The notes under the pieces were generated by a model. That model worked only from the letters and a program-made list of their open reading frames with translations. It had not been told where the DNA came from and made no database searches. From positions 60,762,001 through 60,822,000 of the forward strand of contig NC_058368.1 in the NCBI RefSeq assembly GCF_018350175.1: a DNA stretch of 60,000 nucleotides. Direction: 5' to 3'. Below are positions 1 through 11,760 of the stretch, in pieces (the first letter of the stretch is position 1; each line of letters starts with the position of its first letter). The translations under genes and the position numbers were made by a program. The stretch is from Felis catus (taxonomy: Eukaryota).

Positions 1-149
1 GGGGGTTATATATCCTTTCAGCTTATTTTCATATGCAAATATCCAATTTTTCTTTTAAAATTTTGAAGTCATATTATACTCTTTGCAATATTTTATTTCT
101 CCCAATTAACACATGGAAAAAAAATTCTAAACCATTAGGTAAAAACATA

Positions 150-545
150 ATTTTTTTCAGCTTTACTGAGGTACAACTGATAAATTAAATTTTTATATAA
201 TTAAGGTACACAACTTGATATTTTCATGTATGCATGCATGTGAAATGATCACCACAATCAACATAATTAACATCCATCATCTCACATAGTTGCCTCTTCC
301 TTCTTTCCTTCCTTCCTTCCTTCCTTCCTTCCTTCCTTCCTTCCTTCCTTCCCTCCTTCCTTCCTTCCTTTCTCCCACTTGCTTGCTTGCTTTCTGTCTG
401 TCTCTCTCTCTCTTTCTGTGTGTAGTGAGAATACTCAAGATTTACTCTCTTGGAAAATTTCAAGTATACAATACAATATTGTTAACTATAGTCACCATGC
501 TGCACATTAGATCTTCAGAACTTATTCATCTTATGTAATTGAAGC
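150..545 (-). mobile_element. Old L1 (L1MB-like) 3' end interrupted by (CTTC)n
   Basis: Typical antisense L1M 3' text: ctttactgaggtacaactga...caagtatacaatacaatattgttaactatagtcaccatgctgcacattagatc. Confidence 0.75.
296..415. repeat. (CTTC)n / CT-rich microsatellite
   Basis: Directly visible tandem repeat. Confidence 0.95.
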
Positions 546-698
546 AATGCTATTACAACTATTTGTAATTGGCAGTATTTTCTGTTTTCACTGAATATTC
601 TTTATAGCATAGTATTATACTGGATGCTAAGTCTGCTCAAAATAATGTATAGTTTCACTCAACAAACGTTAACACTTGATTTAAATATTTGTGTAAGT

Positions 699-699
<1 letters not shown>

Positions 700-750
<51 letters not shown>
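700..750. repeat. (CA)n microsatellite
   Basis: Directly visible. Confidence 0.97.
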
Positions 751-1049
751 GTTCAAATAGGTAAACATTAAAGATAGAAGCTAGGTTTTCCTCCTATTTA
801 AGAAGTGATTTGCAAATATAAAGGGGAGAAAACTTGTGTTTTGCATCACAATTAGAAATATCAGTGTTAAGAAAATATTAAATACATATCATATGCATTC
901 ATATATGTGTATGACTATATACATACATGTGTGTGTTTATGTGTGTGTACACACTCATGCATCTGGCTACGTTTGTATTCCTTTGTATGTACACAGAGAA
1001 ATCCTGGGAGCAGTGACACTGTAAAAACAAAGAACACATTCTGTACTCA

Positions 1050-1600
1050 GATAGACCATCCCCTCTGCTCCCTTTCCCTATATGCACTTATATCTTCTCC
1101 TGTGTGGGCATCCTACACTCTGCTCTGATTTCAACACAATGTGTTGGGTCCTCCCTGCAAGGATTCCCTTCCTAACCTGGTTGGACATGAACACTCCACC
1201 CGAGATGGCCCCTCACAGAATACCCTTCTTATCCTGCTCGATTTCTACTATCTTATACCTGACTGCACCTCTTCCATGTGGAGGATGCACTCACACTGTG
1301 AATTCCCATATTGGCTGCCAACTCCTTCCCCAACCAAAAACGTTTCCTACTCAGCATAGTCTCTGACCATCTGCACTGTTATTTCTACTCCCATCCCTAC
1401 CCAGGTGTGTGAATATCTTCCTAATCCACCCCAGTGGATCTGACCATCCCTTGTAGAAACACTCCTCATCCTGCTTTGACTTTGGCATGCTCTCCTGAGA
1501 CCCCATCCTGCTCAGATGCCCCTCTCACAGTAATTCAGCTCCTATATTCCATACTAAGAATCTGTCTCCACAGCATCCTTCTCATTTCTCTCCAACTCTT
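1050..1600. repeat. Highly degenerate ~55-60 bp tandem array, probably an ancient mammalian repeat
   Basis: Recurring unit start G(G/A)A(T/C)ACCC-TCCTCA-CCTGCT-like at about 1107, 1161, 1218, 1283, 1411, 1456 and 1514. Confidence 0.55.
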
Positions 1601-1811
1601 CTGATAACTTCTCTAGGACACTTTCTCCCCCATTTCCAGATTAGATGCCTACTTGACTCTAAGATAAAAATAGCTGAGGTAGAGAAGGTGGAAAGAGATG
1701 AAGCGGTTGTGAAAGAGTAAGATAACAAGGAAGAGACAGAGCCCAAAAGAATCTTAAATGTTATCAATCATAATGTATAATGCAGGTTAAAAAAATAAAA
1801 ATAACTTCTTT

Positions 1812-2020
1812 ATATTTTTTATTATAAATTTTTAATGTTTATTCATTTCTTTAGAGAGAGTGAGTGCAAGCGGGAGAATGGTAGAGAGAGAGTAAGACAC
1901 AGAATCCGAAGCAGACTCCAGGCTCTGAGCTGTCAGCACAGAGCCCAACGTGGGGCTCGAACTCACAAACTGTGAGATCATGACCTGAGTGGAAGTCAGA
2001 CGCTTAACCAACTGAACCCT
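1812..2020 (-). mobile_element. Can-SINE (felid SINEC)
   Basis: Antisense SINE body (gagatcatgacctgag...cgcttaaccaactga) with T-rich tail. Confidence 0.93.
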
Positions 2021-2047
2021 CTACATTTTTTTAATACAGATATACCT

Positions 2048-2275
2048 GGGGGATGCGTGGAGGGGCTCAGCCAGTTAAGCATCTGACTCATGACTTCGGC
2101 TCACATCGTGATCTCAACAGCTCATGAGTCCAGCTCCATGTTGTAAGATGGAGCCTCCCTGCCCCGTGTCAGCGGGGAGCCTGCTTAGGATTCTCTCTTC
2201 TCTCTCTCTGTTCCTCCCCCATTCAGCTTGCACTCTCTCTCTCTCTCAAAATAAGTAAATAAACATTTAAAAAAG
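2048..2275 (+). mobile_element. Can-SINE (older subfamily)
   Basis: tRNA-like head, CT tract, aataaa and A-tail. Confidence 0.9.
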
Positions 2276-2970
2276 GTAATCTGGCATGTGGTAATTTAGT
2301 TCAGGGTTTCATATGGGAAAGGAATGTTCATTAATAAATATCCAGAAAATGGTTACCTGGAGGGTCAATTGTGAGGAACTTACACCATAAGAATTTCTAA
2401 AGCCCTGAAGTTTGGCAAAAACAAAGATTTTTGGACCATGGTTGTAGGATCTAAATATTTCCAGGACTGCCATATGTAAAGTGTTACATTTATTATCTAT
2501 GTTATGGGGGACAACTGGGATTAGTGGGTAAAGCATAAATTAAAATTAAAGAAAATATATTTGATCCAATAATAATACCATAGAGATTCAACAATGGTAT
2601 CCAATATGGATGCTCAGTGAATCCTGGGTTTCAATAGAAATTCTTAATATACATTAGTTTTTATAGGAATCGATTTCATATATGAAGAAGCATGGCTTTA
2701 ACTCATTAGCCGGAGGTCAAACTTACCAAGCTGGCACATGCTAAAACCAAATCTCTGACAAAATGATTCTAGAGTCCATGTTCCTAACCAAAAATTAAAA
2801 GTCCCTTCTAAACATAAGGCCATTAAAGAATCTGATTGGTGTCCTGGAAACATCGTGATATGAGCTCATGCCTCCAGCATTTTCCTCACTTGATATGCCT
2901 GACACTGTTACTTATCAAAAACATGATTTGTACAAAAGCACATGAACACACTGGAAAAGTTGGGTGCATG

Positions 2971-3087
2971 CTACAGACCCGGGGGTCCATCTTCCAATAG
3001 AAGTTTTGCGGAAGTTCTTGTAGCCACTGTATAGGCAGAACGAGATGAAGGGACTTCAAGAAGAAAACAGCACTTCCTGAAGTATTT
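2971..3087 (-). CDS. Putative terminal coding exon of an unidentified gene (KYFRKCCFLLEVPSSRSAYTVATRTSAKLLLEDGPPGL*)
   Basis: Minus-strand acceptor: gttaac, a T-rich tract, then ttgcag|AAATAC. The phase-0 frame is open for 38 codons to TAG. CpG is locally retained in a CpG-poor region. It is phase-compatible with 5163-5230. An alternative phase-1 reading gives EILQEVLFSS*. Confidence 0.5.
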   Translation of the reverse strand, partial: KYFRKCCFLLEVPSSRSAYTVATRTSAKLLLEDGPPGL

Positions 3088-4063
3088 CTGCAATGTCATG
3101 ACAATTGGAAAAAAAACAAAAACAAAACAATGTTAACCGAACTCCACCAGTAAGATCCGGGAGAAAAATAAGTCCACTAAGCACTTGACCGCTCCACAAG
3201 CAGATGCTTGATCTGGTGTGATGACATCATGGAGAAAATGTATGTTATTCAGCATTGCTTCACCTGTCAGAGCTCTCCCTGACACAGTGTTTCCCCACAC
3301 TTCCTCACCCTCATTAATTTAGGAAACCACTTAAATTTTGGAAATATTTGGAAGGAAATAGCAAATTGGGTAAATAGATTGAGCCAGGCTTTTAAGCCCC
3401 TGGAAACAATAACTGCATACTATGTCTAATTACACCTAAAATAAATGGGATCCCATTTATTTTTTTATTTTCTAAATGTTCACATTTACCTTGACTTTTC
3501 AGCCATTATTTAAACATTTATTATTACTATTATTTTACTTTTTCATTTGTTTTTGTCTGCTTTTCTTTGGCTCACAAACGGGATGAATAGAAGACAATGA
3601 AATAAGATGGCAGAAGAGAGAGAGAGAAGACAAAAGAGAAAGAATGAGAGAAACTTGTCCTGTGGTAACTTCAGATATATAAGGTGAGCTGGGTACTAGA
3701 AACAAACTATGCTTGAATATATGAAAGATTTGAAAGTGATGATAAGAGAAATGTGTCAGGCTGAGGTATGGGATGGCACACGTACCGTCCTCATTTGGTG
3801 GAGGATCTGGGCAGAACAGACAGGCATATATAGCTCTTCCTTATCTCTGTGATTCTAGTGTACTGGCTGATACCAGGGTGGAGGGGTAAATGTACGGGAA
3901 GAAAGAAGAGAATTTCATCTCTGTAATGGAAGTCATGACACCACGGACAGAGAGAGCGAACTATATATATGTGACATCCTTGTATTTATTTACATATATG
4001 TGCTTAGTGAAAAGATGTGGGTGGCTGAGAAAGAGGAACAAACATTCATGGAATTTAAATCAC

Positions 4064-4275
4064 GGGGCGCCTGGGCGGCGCAGTCAGTTAAGCGTCCGAC
4101 TTCAGCCAGGTCACGATCTCGCGGTCCGTGAGTTCGAGCCCCGCGTCAGGCTCTGGGCTGATGGCTCGGAGCCTGGAGCCTGTTTCCGATTCTGTGTCTC
4201 CCTCTCTCTCTGCCCCTCCCCCGTTCATGCTCTGTCTCTCTCTGTCCCAAAAATAAATAAACGTTGAAAAAAAAT
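4064..4275 (+). mobile_element. Young felid SINE (SINEC_Fc-like)
   Basis: Near-consensus, CpG-rich sequence flanked by tttaaatca target-site duplication. Confidence 0.97.
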
Positions 4276-4412
4276 TTTAAATCAAATGATTTATAACTGA
4301 GGAAAGTTAATATGCCTTATATATTGTATACTTATTTTACATACAGTGTTATTTTATATAACCTGAGCTAACATGTTATAGACATTTAACTTAATATGTT
4401 TTAAATTAAGAT

Positions 4413-4612
4413 GGGGTGCCTGGGTGGCTCAGTCAGTTAAGCCTCCGACTTCAGCTCTGGTCCTAATCTCACAGTTTGTGGGTTCGAGCCCTGCGTCGGG
4501 TTCTGCGTTGACAGCTGAGAGCCTGGATCCTGCTTTATGTTCTGTGTCTCCCTCTTTCTCTGCCCCTCTCCTGCTTGTTCTCTCTCTCTCAAAAATTAAC
4601 CTTAAGAAAAAT
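4413..4612 (+). mobile_element. Can-SINE
   Basis: ggggtgcctgggtggctcagtcagttaa head, CT tract, A-tail. Confidence 0.95.
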
Positions 4613-5162
4613 GTAAAGTAAGAAAACTATTATCTACCTTTTAAAAATAATTATTTGATAGTTCATAAATTTTCATTCCCAGTAGCATATTTGTACTAAT
4701 TACACATTTTCAAACAAATTAATAGTGCATGCAATACCTCAAGATCTATTTACATGATCTTTTAGATACTCTGGATACACATTTGAAGCTAAATGTTAAA
4801 AATGTAACAGATATTATCACATAGCCAGATTAGGGCTATTTGACATGACACCTTTTAAAACGTTAGTGTTTCAAAATCTAAAATACAAGTAGCCTCAGTT
4901 GTAAAATATACAGCTAAAAATGAGTACCCAGCACAAGGAGAGTGTTTTGAAAACTGGAACTGCTAATGAAAGCATAGTGCACATGAATTAATAATACCAT
5001 TTCTCTTCAGCTTGAAGCCCAGTATGCATCGCTCACAGTCTTTGGTACATAGGCTTGAGTTCTAACAACGAGGTCTCTTGTTATTCCTTTGAGATAGTTA
5101 AATTGAATAGCCGGCAGTTTTCTCAGTGGGTGTCTTCAAATGAGACCTTAATAACTCAGTAC

Positions 5163-5230
5163 CTGTATCTTGTCCATAAAGGTAAAATGTGGATTTATAG
5201 ACTCCATGAAGGATGTCACTATGCTGAGAT
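5163..5230 (-). CDS. Putative internal coding exon (xLSIVTSFMESINPHFTFMDKIQ in phase 1, or xSQHSDILHGVYKSTFYLYGQDT in phase 2)
   Basis: Splice sites ttatacag|ATCTC...GATACAG|gtactg, 68 nt, two open frames, non-repetitive sequence. Confidence 0.5.
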
Positions 5231-5325
5231 CTGTATAATACCAAGCGAAATGTAACAGCGATTTCCCCTCTTCCGCATAGTGGTGGAATTGCCAAAGGGG
5301 CATTGTGATATTGTGAAAGCGTTAC

Positions 5326-5371
5326 CTTGAATACCTGTCTCACTGGTGCAGCAAATTCAATATGCTTATAA
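5326..5371 (-). CDS. Putative short exon: 46 nt (YKHIEFAAPVRQVFK) or 17-nt microexon 5326-5342 (SETGIQ)
   Basis: Strong donor AAG|gtaacg. Acceptor gctaac..T-tract..aag at 5372, alternative ccag at 5343. A 95-nt intron would separate it from 5163-5230. Confidence 0.35.
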
Positions 5372-5766
5372 CTTAAAAAAAATAGATGTTAGCTTCCATT
5401 CTTTTTTATAATAATCTAATAATCAAAAAGAATGTATTTCTTTTATTCCACTCTGTACAATTTATAAGTCTAAAACACAAATAGTTATACAGACAGAATA
5501 TTTTTACTGAAGCAAAAGGTATTTATAAAACACCAGGTAATGAGGCAAATGAATTATACTTTCTGCTTTCCCAATAATGCTAGGATGCTAGGAATTCAGT
5601 ATAATTACACAGACAAATTGGATGGAAGGTCAGTATTAGAATTAAAAGATAGGGGGAACAGATTTGTGACCCCTATAGAACAAGAAAAGTAATTTAGAAG
5701 ACAGAAGATAAGAATATACTTACAAACATTTTAGTTTTTCACAAGGTTTAAAAATAACACATTGCA

Positions 5767-5970
5767 GGGGCACCTGGGTGACTCACTTGGCTGAGTATCT
5801 GACTTCTACTCAGGTCATGATCTCGTGGTCTGTGAGTTCAAGCCCCGCATCAGGCTTTATGCTGATAGCTCAGAGCCTGGAGCCTGCTTCGGATTCTGTG
5901 TTTCCCTCTCTCTCCACCTGCTCTCCCATTCCCCCCTCAAAAATAAACAAACATTAAAAATTTAAAAAAA
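5767..5970 (+). mobile_element. Can-SINE
   Basis: ggggcacctgggtgactca head, aaataaac tail. Confidence 0.95.
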
Positions 5971-6324
5971 CCCACTATGTATAGTAATAATATAAACCCA
6001 AAGTAATAATATAAACCCCAAAGCAAAACTAATACAGTATTAATAAAATATGCCAAAGAATATAATAATGTACTAGGTACAAATATGTAGCACATATTTG
6101 CTTTTCAAGTTGAGCTCAGGGTTTATACATTTAAAAAAAACACAAAATCCCCTCCATATGTTAAATATTTAAATTAAAATGTATTTCCATTTGGATTTAA
6201 ATTACATACATTATAAACTATGTATTATTTCCAATATTGGAATATTATACAATTACCCAAACTTTCGCCTACTGCGTAGATGCTGGTATAGGCAGTGAAG
6301 AAATAGGGACAAATATCTCATTTT

Positions 6325-6486
6325 CCTTTTTCTTTTTTCAAGAGAGATATTGAGTGGGACGGAGGACAGAGACAGAGAGAATCTAAAGCAGGCTCCACAC
6401 TCAGTTCAGTTGCACGACCCTGGGATCATGACCTGAGATAAAATCAAGAGTCAGATGCTCAAATGACTGAGGCACCCAGGCAAGCC
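6325..6486 (-). mobile_element. Can-SINE
   Basis: Antisense body: gggatcatgacctgagataaaatcaagagtcagatgctc. Confidence 0.9.
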
Positions 6487-7554
6487 TCACTCTCTCTTTT
6501 ATGAGAATTACTAAAACTAATTATTTTGATGTGTTGGCCTTATATACTAATATTCAATAACTAATTTACTAATAAATCATTTCAATTATTTCTCTTTGCA
6601 TTTTAAAACAAAACGACTGACATGTTTTTGAGCTACTTTGAGTGATTTTCCTTATTCATAATCACTCTGTCTATTGTAGCCAAAGGCATACATTTGTAAA
6701 TTGAAGAGCCGATTATGAGATGCCATCTGTTAACTCCACATAATATTCTTTTTGCTTGATGTGCTGGATAAGGATCAAACCCTCAAACTTGACCTCAACA
6801 GCGTCATGATCTAGATAATGGATCTGGTTAACACCAATATAACTCATTCATATTCTATTGCTGAACACACTGCAGTCTCAACTCATATTTGATTAAATTT
6901 CCATTAATCATTATTAAAGATTCCTCTGTGCAAATGAAATGGCATTTAGTTCATTTAACATATAATTGAGTTCTAATTGAGCAGCAACTGTTTCATAGAA
7001 TTAAGTACTTTTGAATGTAAAATAACACAGGTACCAATTTTGTGAGTAAAGTCTTATGTACCACTCACCCTGTTTGCTTATTAACTTCAATTTCTAGTTA
7101 CTGGGGCAATAGTTATTAGTTTATCTTGATTAATACTCTCCTCATCACTAATCTCATTCTTCACTCGGTTTATGGGGTCTCGTCATTTCAGGGAAGTACA
7201 TTACACCTTTGTGAATCTTTTTTAAGTTACACAATTTTCTAGTTTTACATGGAGAGGTAAATGTCTTACTATAAAAAGAAAGCAGATGTGGGTTATTCTG
7301 TTAGAGAAAACTCGTTCTCTTAGACAATGCTATCCCTGGCTTGGGAACAGTGCCTTTAAATAGAAGAAAGAGTATTTTATTTAACCTGATCAAAATCATA
7401 AAGCAAATGTTCCCTTCTCTCTTTTTTTTTTTTTTACTCTCCATTCTCAGTTTCAGTGTGAAAGCTGCATACAAACCAGGTCATTTTTTTTTTTTTTTAC
7501 ATATATTCATACTGTGTAGATTTAAGGCTCAATTTCATTTTCCTCAGTGTTTAT

Positions 7555-8191
7555 CAGCTGATCCTCATTTTTCATGTATTCCATATTTGTGAATTTGCCT
7601 ACTTGCTAAAATGTATTTGTAATTTCAAAATCAATACTCATGGCACCTTCATGGTCCTTCATAGACAGGTGTTGAATCACCTGTTAACACACATTCCCAG
7701 CTGAAGTCAAACAACGCAAAACTCTGCCTTCTTGTTTCAGCTCAACTATTGTAAATAAGTTTCCCTTTCATGGCCTATTTGGTGTCATTTTTTTTCCATT
7801 TTGTCTTTTTTGTTGGTTATTTCACTGTTTAAAATGGCCCAGGCATAGTGCTTCAGTGCTGTTTGGTTTCCCTAAATGCAAAAAGGCTGTCATATACCTT
7901 AGGAAGAAAATAATGGGTTAAATAAGTTTCATTCAGGTATGAGTTATAGTGCTGAAGGCAGTGTGTTCAATGCTAATGAATTAGTAGCATATTTAATATA
8001 TATTAAAGTGTTTTGAGCAAAAATACACATAAAACAAAGTTCTGTGTTGACTGCCTAATGAAACATGACCAGAGGCTCATAGGAACCTACCCTATTTTTC
8101 TCCCTAGGAGCAATGGTTAAGTATTTGTTAATTCAGTGTTCATGGTAAATTTCTAGAACACAACTACCACTACTAATAAATAAAAAACTGT
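7555..8191 (-). mobile_element. MER82 (TcMar-Tigger non-autonomous DNA transposon)
   Basis: Matches the recalled MER82 consensus along its length (cag..gatcctcatt start; ttcccagctga; tgaccagaggctc..aggaaccta; ctaggagcaatgg; ends actgta). Confidence 0.85.
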
Positions 8192-8294
8192 ATCAATTAT
8201 AGGGATGTTCAAAAAGTGCAAGAAAGGAACAAAATATTTCAAAGAAGATCCAATAAAATTAGGAAAGAATACATAGCATCAAAAGCGAACCTTG

Positions 8295-8535
8295 CTCTAG
8301 TGGTAGCTTGTGAAGTGTCCCAACTATAAACTCTGGAGCCAGACTGCCTGGACTTGAGAATTCTGATGCTACCACCTGCCAGCCCTGTGATCATGATCAT
8401 GTCAGTGAAGTGTCTGTTTCCTCATTTGACAAACAAGAATAATATGATTCTTACAATATAGGAGGAATGGCATATCTTTGTAGGGCACTTAAAAAAATGC
8501 CTGGTAAATAAGAAATGCTATGCAAGTATTTTTAA
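8295..8535 (+). mobile_element. MIR SINE
   Basis: actctggagccagactgcctgg...ctgtttcctcattt core. Confidence 0.75.
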
Positions 8536-9099
8536 ATTATTCAACATTTTATGGGGAGAGTATACTTAACCAAATGTAATTTTTCTTCTAAATGCTTATG
8601 AAGGATAGTTTATAATTTTAGAGACCAGGTCTCCACCAAGTGAAAAAAATGCATGTGATAGTAGCTAAGAATTCCTGAGGTATAACATTTGCCAGCTGAC
8701 TTTACAGTTCTCCTTCCAGTGTGAATAACTTCGCACATGAAAGGGCCACACCCCTGATGGTTCTTTAGCTCCCCTGTTGGGCATGGTAGAATTGGTTTTA
8801 AAGCTGTAATGGAGGTAGAGCAAATGATAACCCAGTAACTGACTCAAAGAGTCAGATGTCAAAGACACTTGGGATGGGGAATTGTAGAACATTTTTAATA
8901 GTCTTATTATTTGTAATTCTCAAAAAGCTGACTCATATAACTTAGGAAAATAAGAGTATATTCACACTAGTTTCAATGCTTCCTGTATTAATCTCATTTC
9001 CTGACCTAACACAATGGCTTGTATATGCATCCTTCTCATACTCCTTTTTTTTGTCTACTTTTCAATTATTCTCAGATGTGTCTTAAATATTAGAAGACA

Positions 9100-9815
9100 T
9101 TCCAGTTTCCTGCCTGTAGGTGATTGCCAGCCTTGCAGCACAGGTAGGGAGAATCTTTAAAGAACTCTACAGTTTTACTGAGTTGAGGAGACCATGGCAT
9201 TAAGTTCAGGAAGGCAAAGGTGGCTACAATTTGCTGGGTGAAGTACCTGAGAAGAGAAAGCTGCATACAGAAAAAGAGCTTCAGGAGTATGCTAAGGAAT
9301 ATCCTTCAATCTTGCTGAGAACTGATCAGTACCTGTGTGAGTGGAAACTCCCGAAGACAAGGAAAAGAAATAACATGAGGCACCAGTAGATCAACAATTC
9401 CTTGAGCTTCCATAGGGCTGAGAATAGCTTTGTGTTTCCACCAGCTAGTGTGGAGAGACCTTGTACTACACAAGGCACTGGGAAGGATTTTCAGAAGCAT
9501 CAAAGCTTAGTCGTGGGGCTGATTTAGTATCAAATAAAGTAAGGCCATTCTGGACATGTTAAGCAAAGTGTTGGGGAAAAAATGATATATCATTGGCAAG
9601 ACAAAAACAAAGCATTCTAAAATAGTGGACTGAGGAATACTTCTGGGGATTAAGAGGTATAAAGAGGAATACTTCTAGGGATAAAGAGGGGCATTCCAAA
9701 ATGTAAAATGGATAAACTCATCAAGAATGCATACCAATCGTAAATGTGTAGATACCTAATAACAGAGAATCAACAAATATGAAGCAAATACTCAGAACTG
9801 AAAGGAAAAATAGGT
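9100..9815 (+). mobile_element. Old L1M fragments (5' region plus ORF2 endonuclease-region relic)
   Basis: gagaaagctgcatacaga...; ggataaagaggggcatt...acctaataacagag..aaatatgaagcaaa. Confidence 0.6.
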
Positions 9816-10044
9816 CTCATTTTTTTCAAGTAACTTAACTGCAAATTGTGAATCAATTTTCATTATCTTCCATCTTAAAATAGGCACTCTTGAGTTCAGC
9901 CATTTTGTCTGTTTTGTTAATACATATTTGTGAATAAATAAAGTGGTATCTTGAAGCAAAGTTTCTCCTGAAATTTGCCATTTCACTTTTTTTCTACGCT
10001 TAAATCCTTACTTAACTTGGCCACCTTCCTATTTTCTTCACATT

Positions 10045-10256
10045 ATTTATTATTATTATTATTGGTACAGTTTTTTTTATTAGAGAGAGACAGAGAGAGA
10101 GAGAGTGCACACACATGCACAAGTAGGAAGGGGCAGAGAGAGAGAGAGAGAATATCTTATGCAGGCTCCATGCCCAGCATGGTGTCTGACGTGGAGCATG
10201 ACCTGAACTGAAATCAAGAGGTGGATGCTTAACCAACTGAGCCACCCAAGTGCCCT
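10045..10256 (-). mobile_element. Can-SINE
   Basis: Antisense head gcttaaccaactgagccacccaagtgccc and (GA)n tract. Confidence 0.93.
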
Positions 10257-10696
10257 TCACATTGTTTATTATTATTCTAAATTTTTTCTTCATTTTCAAG
10301 AATAGTTTTTAAACTCTCCTTTCCACAAATATCTGTCTCAGAATTTTTGAAACCTGAGCCCGTTGGGTGTCTGACACACAGAATGGATTCCTTCTCACAC
10401 GTTACAACTACCAGAAGAGTGTCAGGCTGACATCCCCTTCCCTGAATTAACAGTTACATCATTTCCAGCTGCTTTTTATCCTCCAGAAATGTAGTTATTT
10501 CCCCTCTACTGATTGTCCTATTTGTGTAAATGTGGTTGGTTTAGATATTCAATGTTCCTTTGAAATTAATTTAATGTGGCCTCATAAAAAGGGAGAGATT
10601 AAAGTGTGTGGTGAAGCAGCTAACAGAATTAGGGACCTTGAAATTTTGAACATATTTTCTGTACCTCAGTCTTCATTTCATTTAAAAAGTGAAGGA

Positions 10697-10902
10697 GGGG
10701 TGCCTGGGTGGCTCAGTTGGTTGAATGTCCAACTCTTGATTTTGGCTCAGATCATGATCTCATGGTTCATGTGATCAAACTCTGTGCCTCTGTCAGGCTC
10801 TGTGCCAACAGCATGGAGCCAGATGGGGATTCTCTCTTTCCTTCTCTCTCTGCCCCTCTTATGCTCATGGTCTCTATCTCTCTCAAAATAAATAAACTTT
10901 AA
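10697..10902 (+). mobile_element. Can-SINE
   Basis: ggggtgcctgggtggctcag head, aataaa tail, aagtgaa on both flanks. Confidence 0.95.
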
Positions 10903-10989
10903 ACAATAAGTGAAAAGTAATGGAGTTTATTGAAAATCAAGTTGGAGCAAGAATTAAAATTTGTGATGAATGTGTTTCTCCTTTTTAAA

Positions 10990-11760
10990 AATTTTTAAGT
11001 AATCATAGATTCATGGGAAGTTGCAAAAATAGTATACAGGAGTCCCAAGTACCCTTCATCCACTGAAGGGGGTTCAGTCCTGCCTTCTCCTTTACTGCCT
11101 AGGACACCATCTCAGAGGGAAGCAGAAGGGATATCTCATTACCACTAGGTTGTTGCAAAAGTCTTAGACTACTTTTGTGCCTCTGCTGGAGGTGAGGGTT
11201 GGGGACTGGAGTGTGCAAATCGAGGTGCATGTGGAGGTGGGTCTCTACTGTTGGGTGGTGGTGAAAGCTCTGGTTTTCCTTAGGCCTCTTCTCATGGTGC
11301 CCCAGTGGGGAAGGAAAGGGACATTTCTTACAGCCAGGCAATGGTAGAAATCTACTTCCCACATTGGCTTTGTTGATGTGTGTGTATAGTGGAGCCACAA
11401 GTTTTACCCATGGTGTCTGGCTGGATTAAAGAAATGATATCTAAGTTTTCTGTTGTGCTAGTCTGCCCTTTTCCTGGTCCTTCGGCTAGAGAGAGAAAGA
11501 GCTTTTCTTAGGGATTTTTTTTTTTGGTAGGATTCTTTGGTGTAGGCTGTCAGTTTCTCCAGCACCCAGTCCAGCATAAATGAGGCAGTAAGAAAAGCCA
11601 GTGAACTCACTGCCATGTTGTTCTTCAATTACAAAGTCCCTAGTGGATCTGCCTTCTTCTCTCCACTTTAGAGTCCTAAGTTGGGTGTCATATTTTACCT
11701 GTATATAGCATGAAGAACGCTGAGAAGTGTATCTGTGCCATCTTTTCTAGGACTTGAAGT
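10990..11760 (-). mobile_element. Old L1MC/MD-like fragments
   Basis: agattcatgggaagttgcaaaaatagta (3' end) joined to L1M 5'-type sequence (ttttcctggtcctt..gctagagaga; gaactcactgccatgttgttc). Confidence 0.6.

Noticed and set aside
3135..3264. Alternative terminal exon GEAMLNNIHFLHD...EFG* on the minus strand
   Set aside because: The acceptor lacks a polypyrimidine tract.
3890..4621. ORFs with MAQSVK../EPGACFRFCVSLSLCP peptides (also about 10.7, 14.2, 33.7, 37, 41.1, 43.6, 47.4, 48, 55.9 and 57.6 kb)
   Set aside because: These are translations of Can-SINEs.
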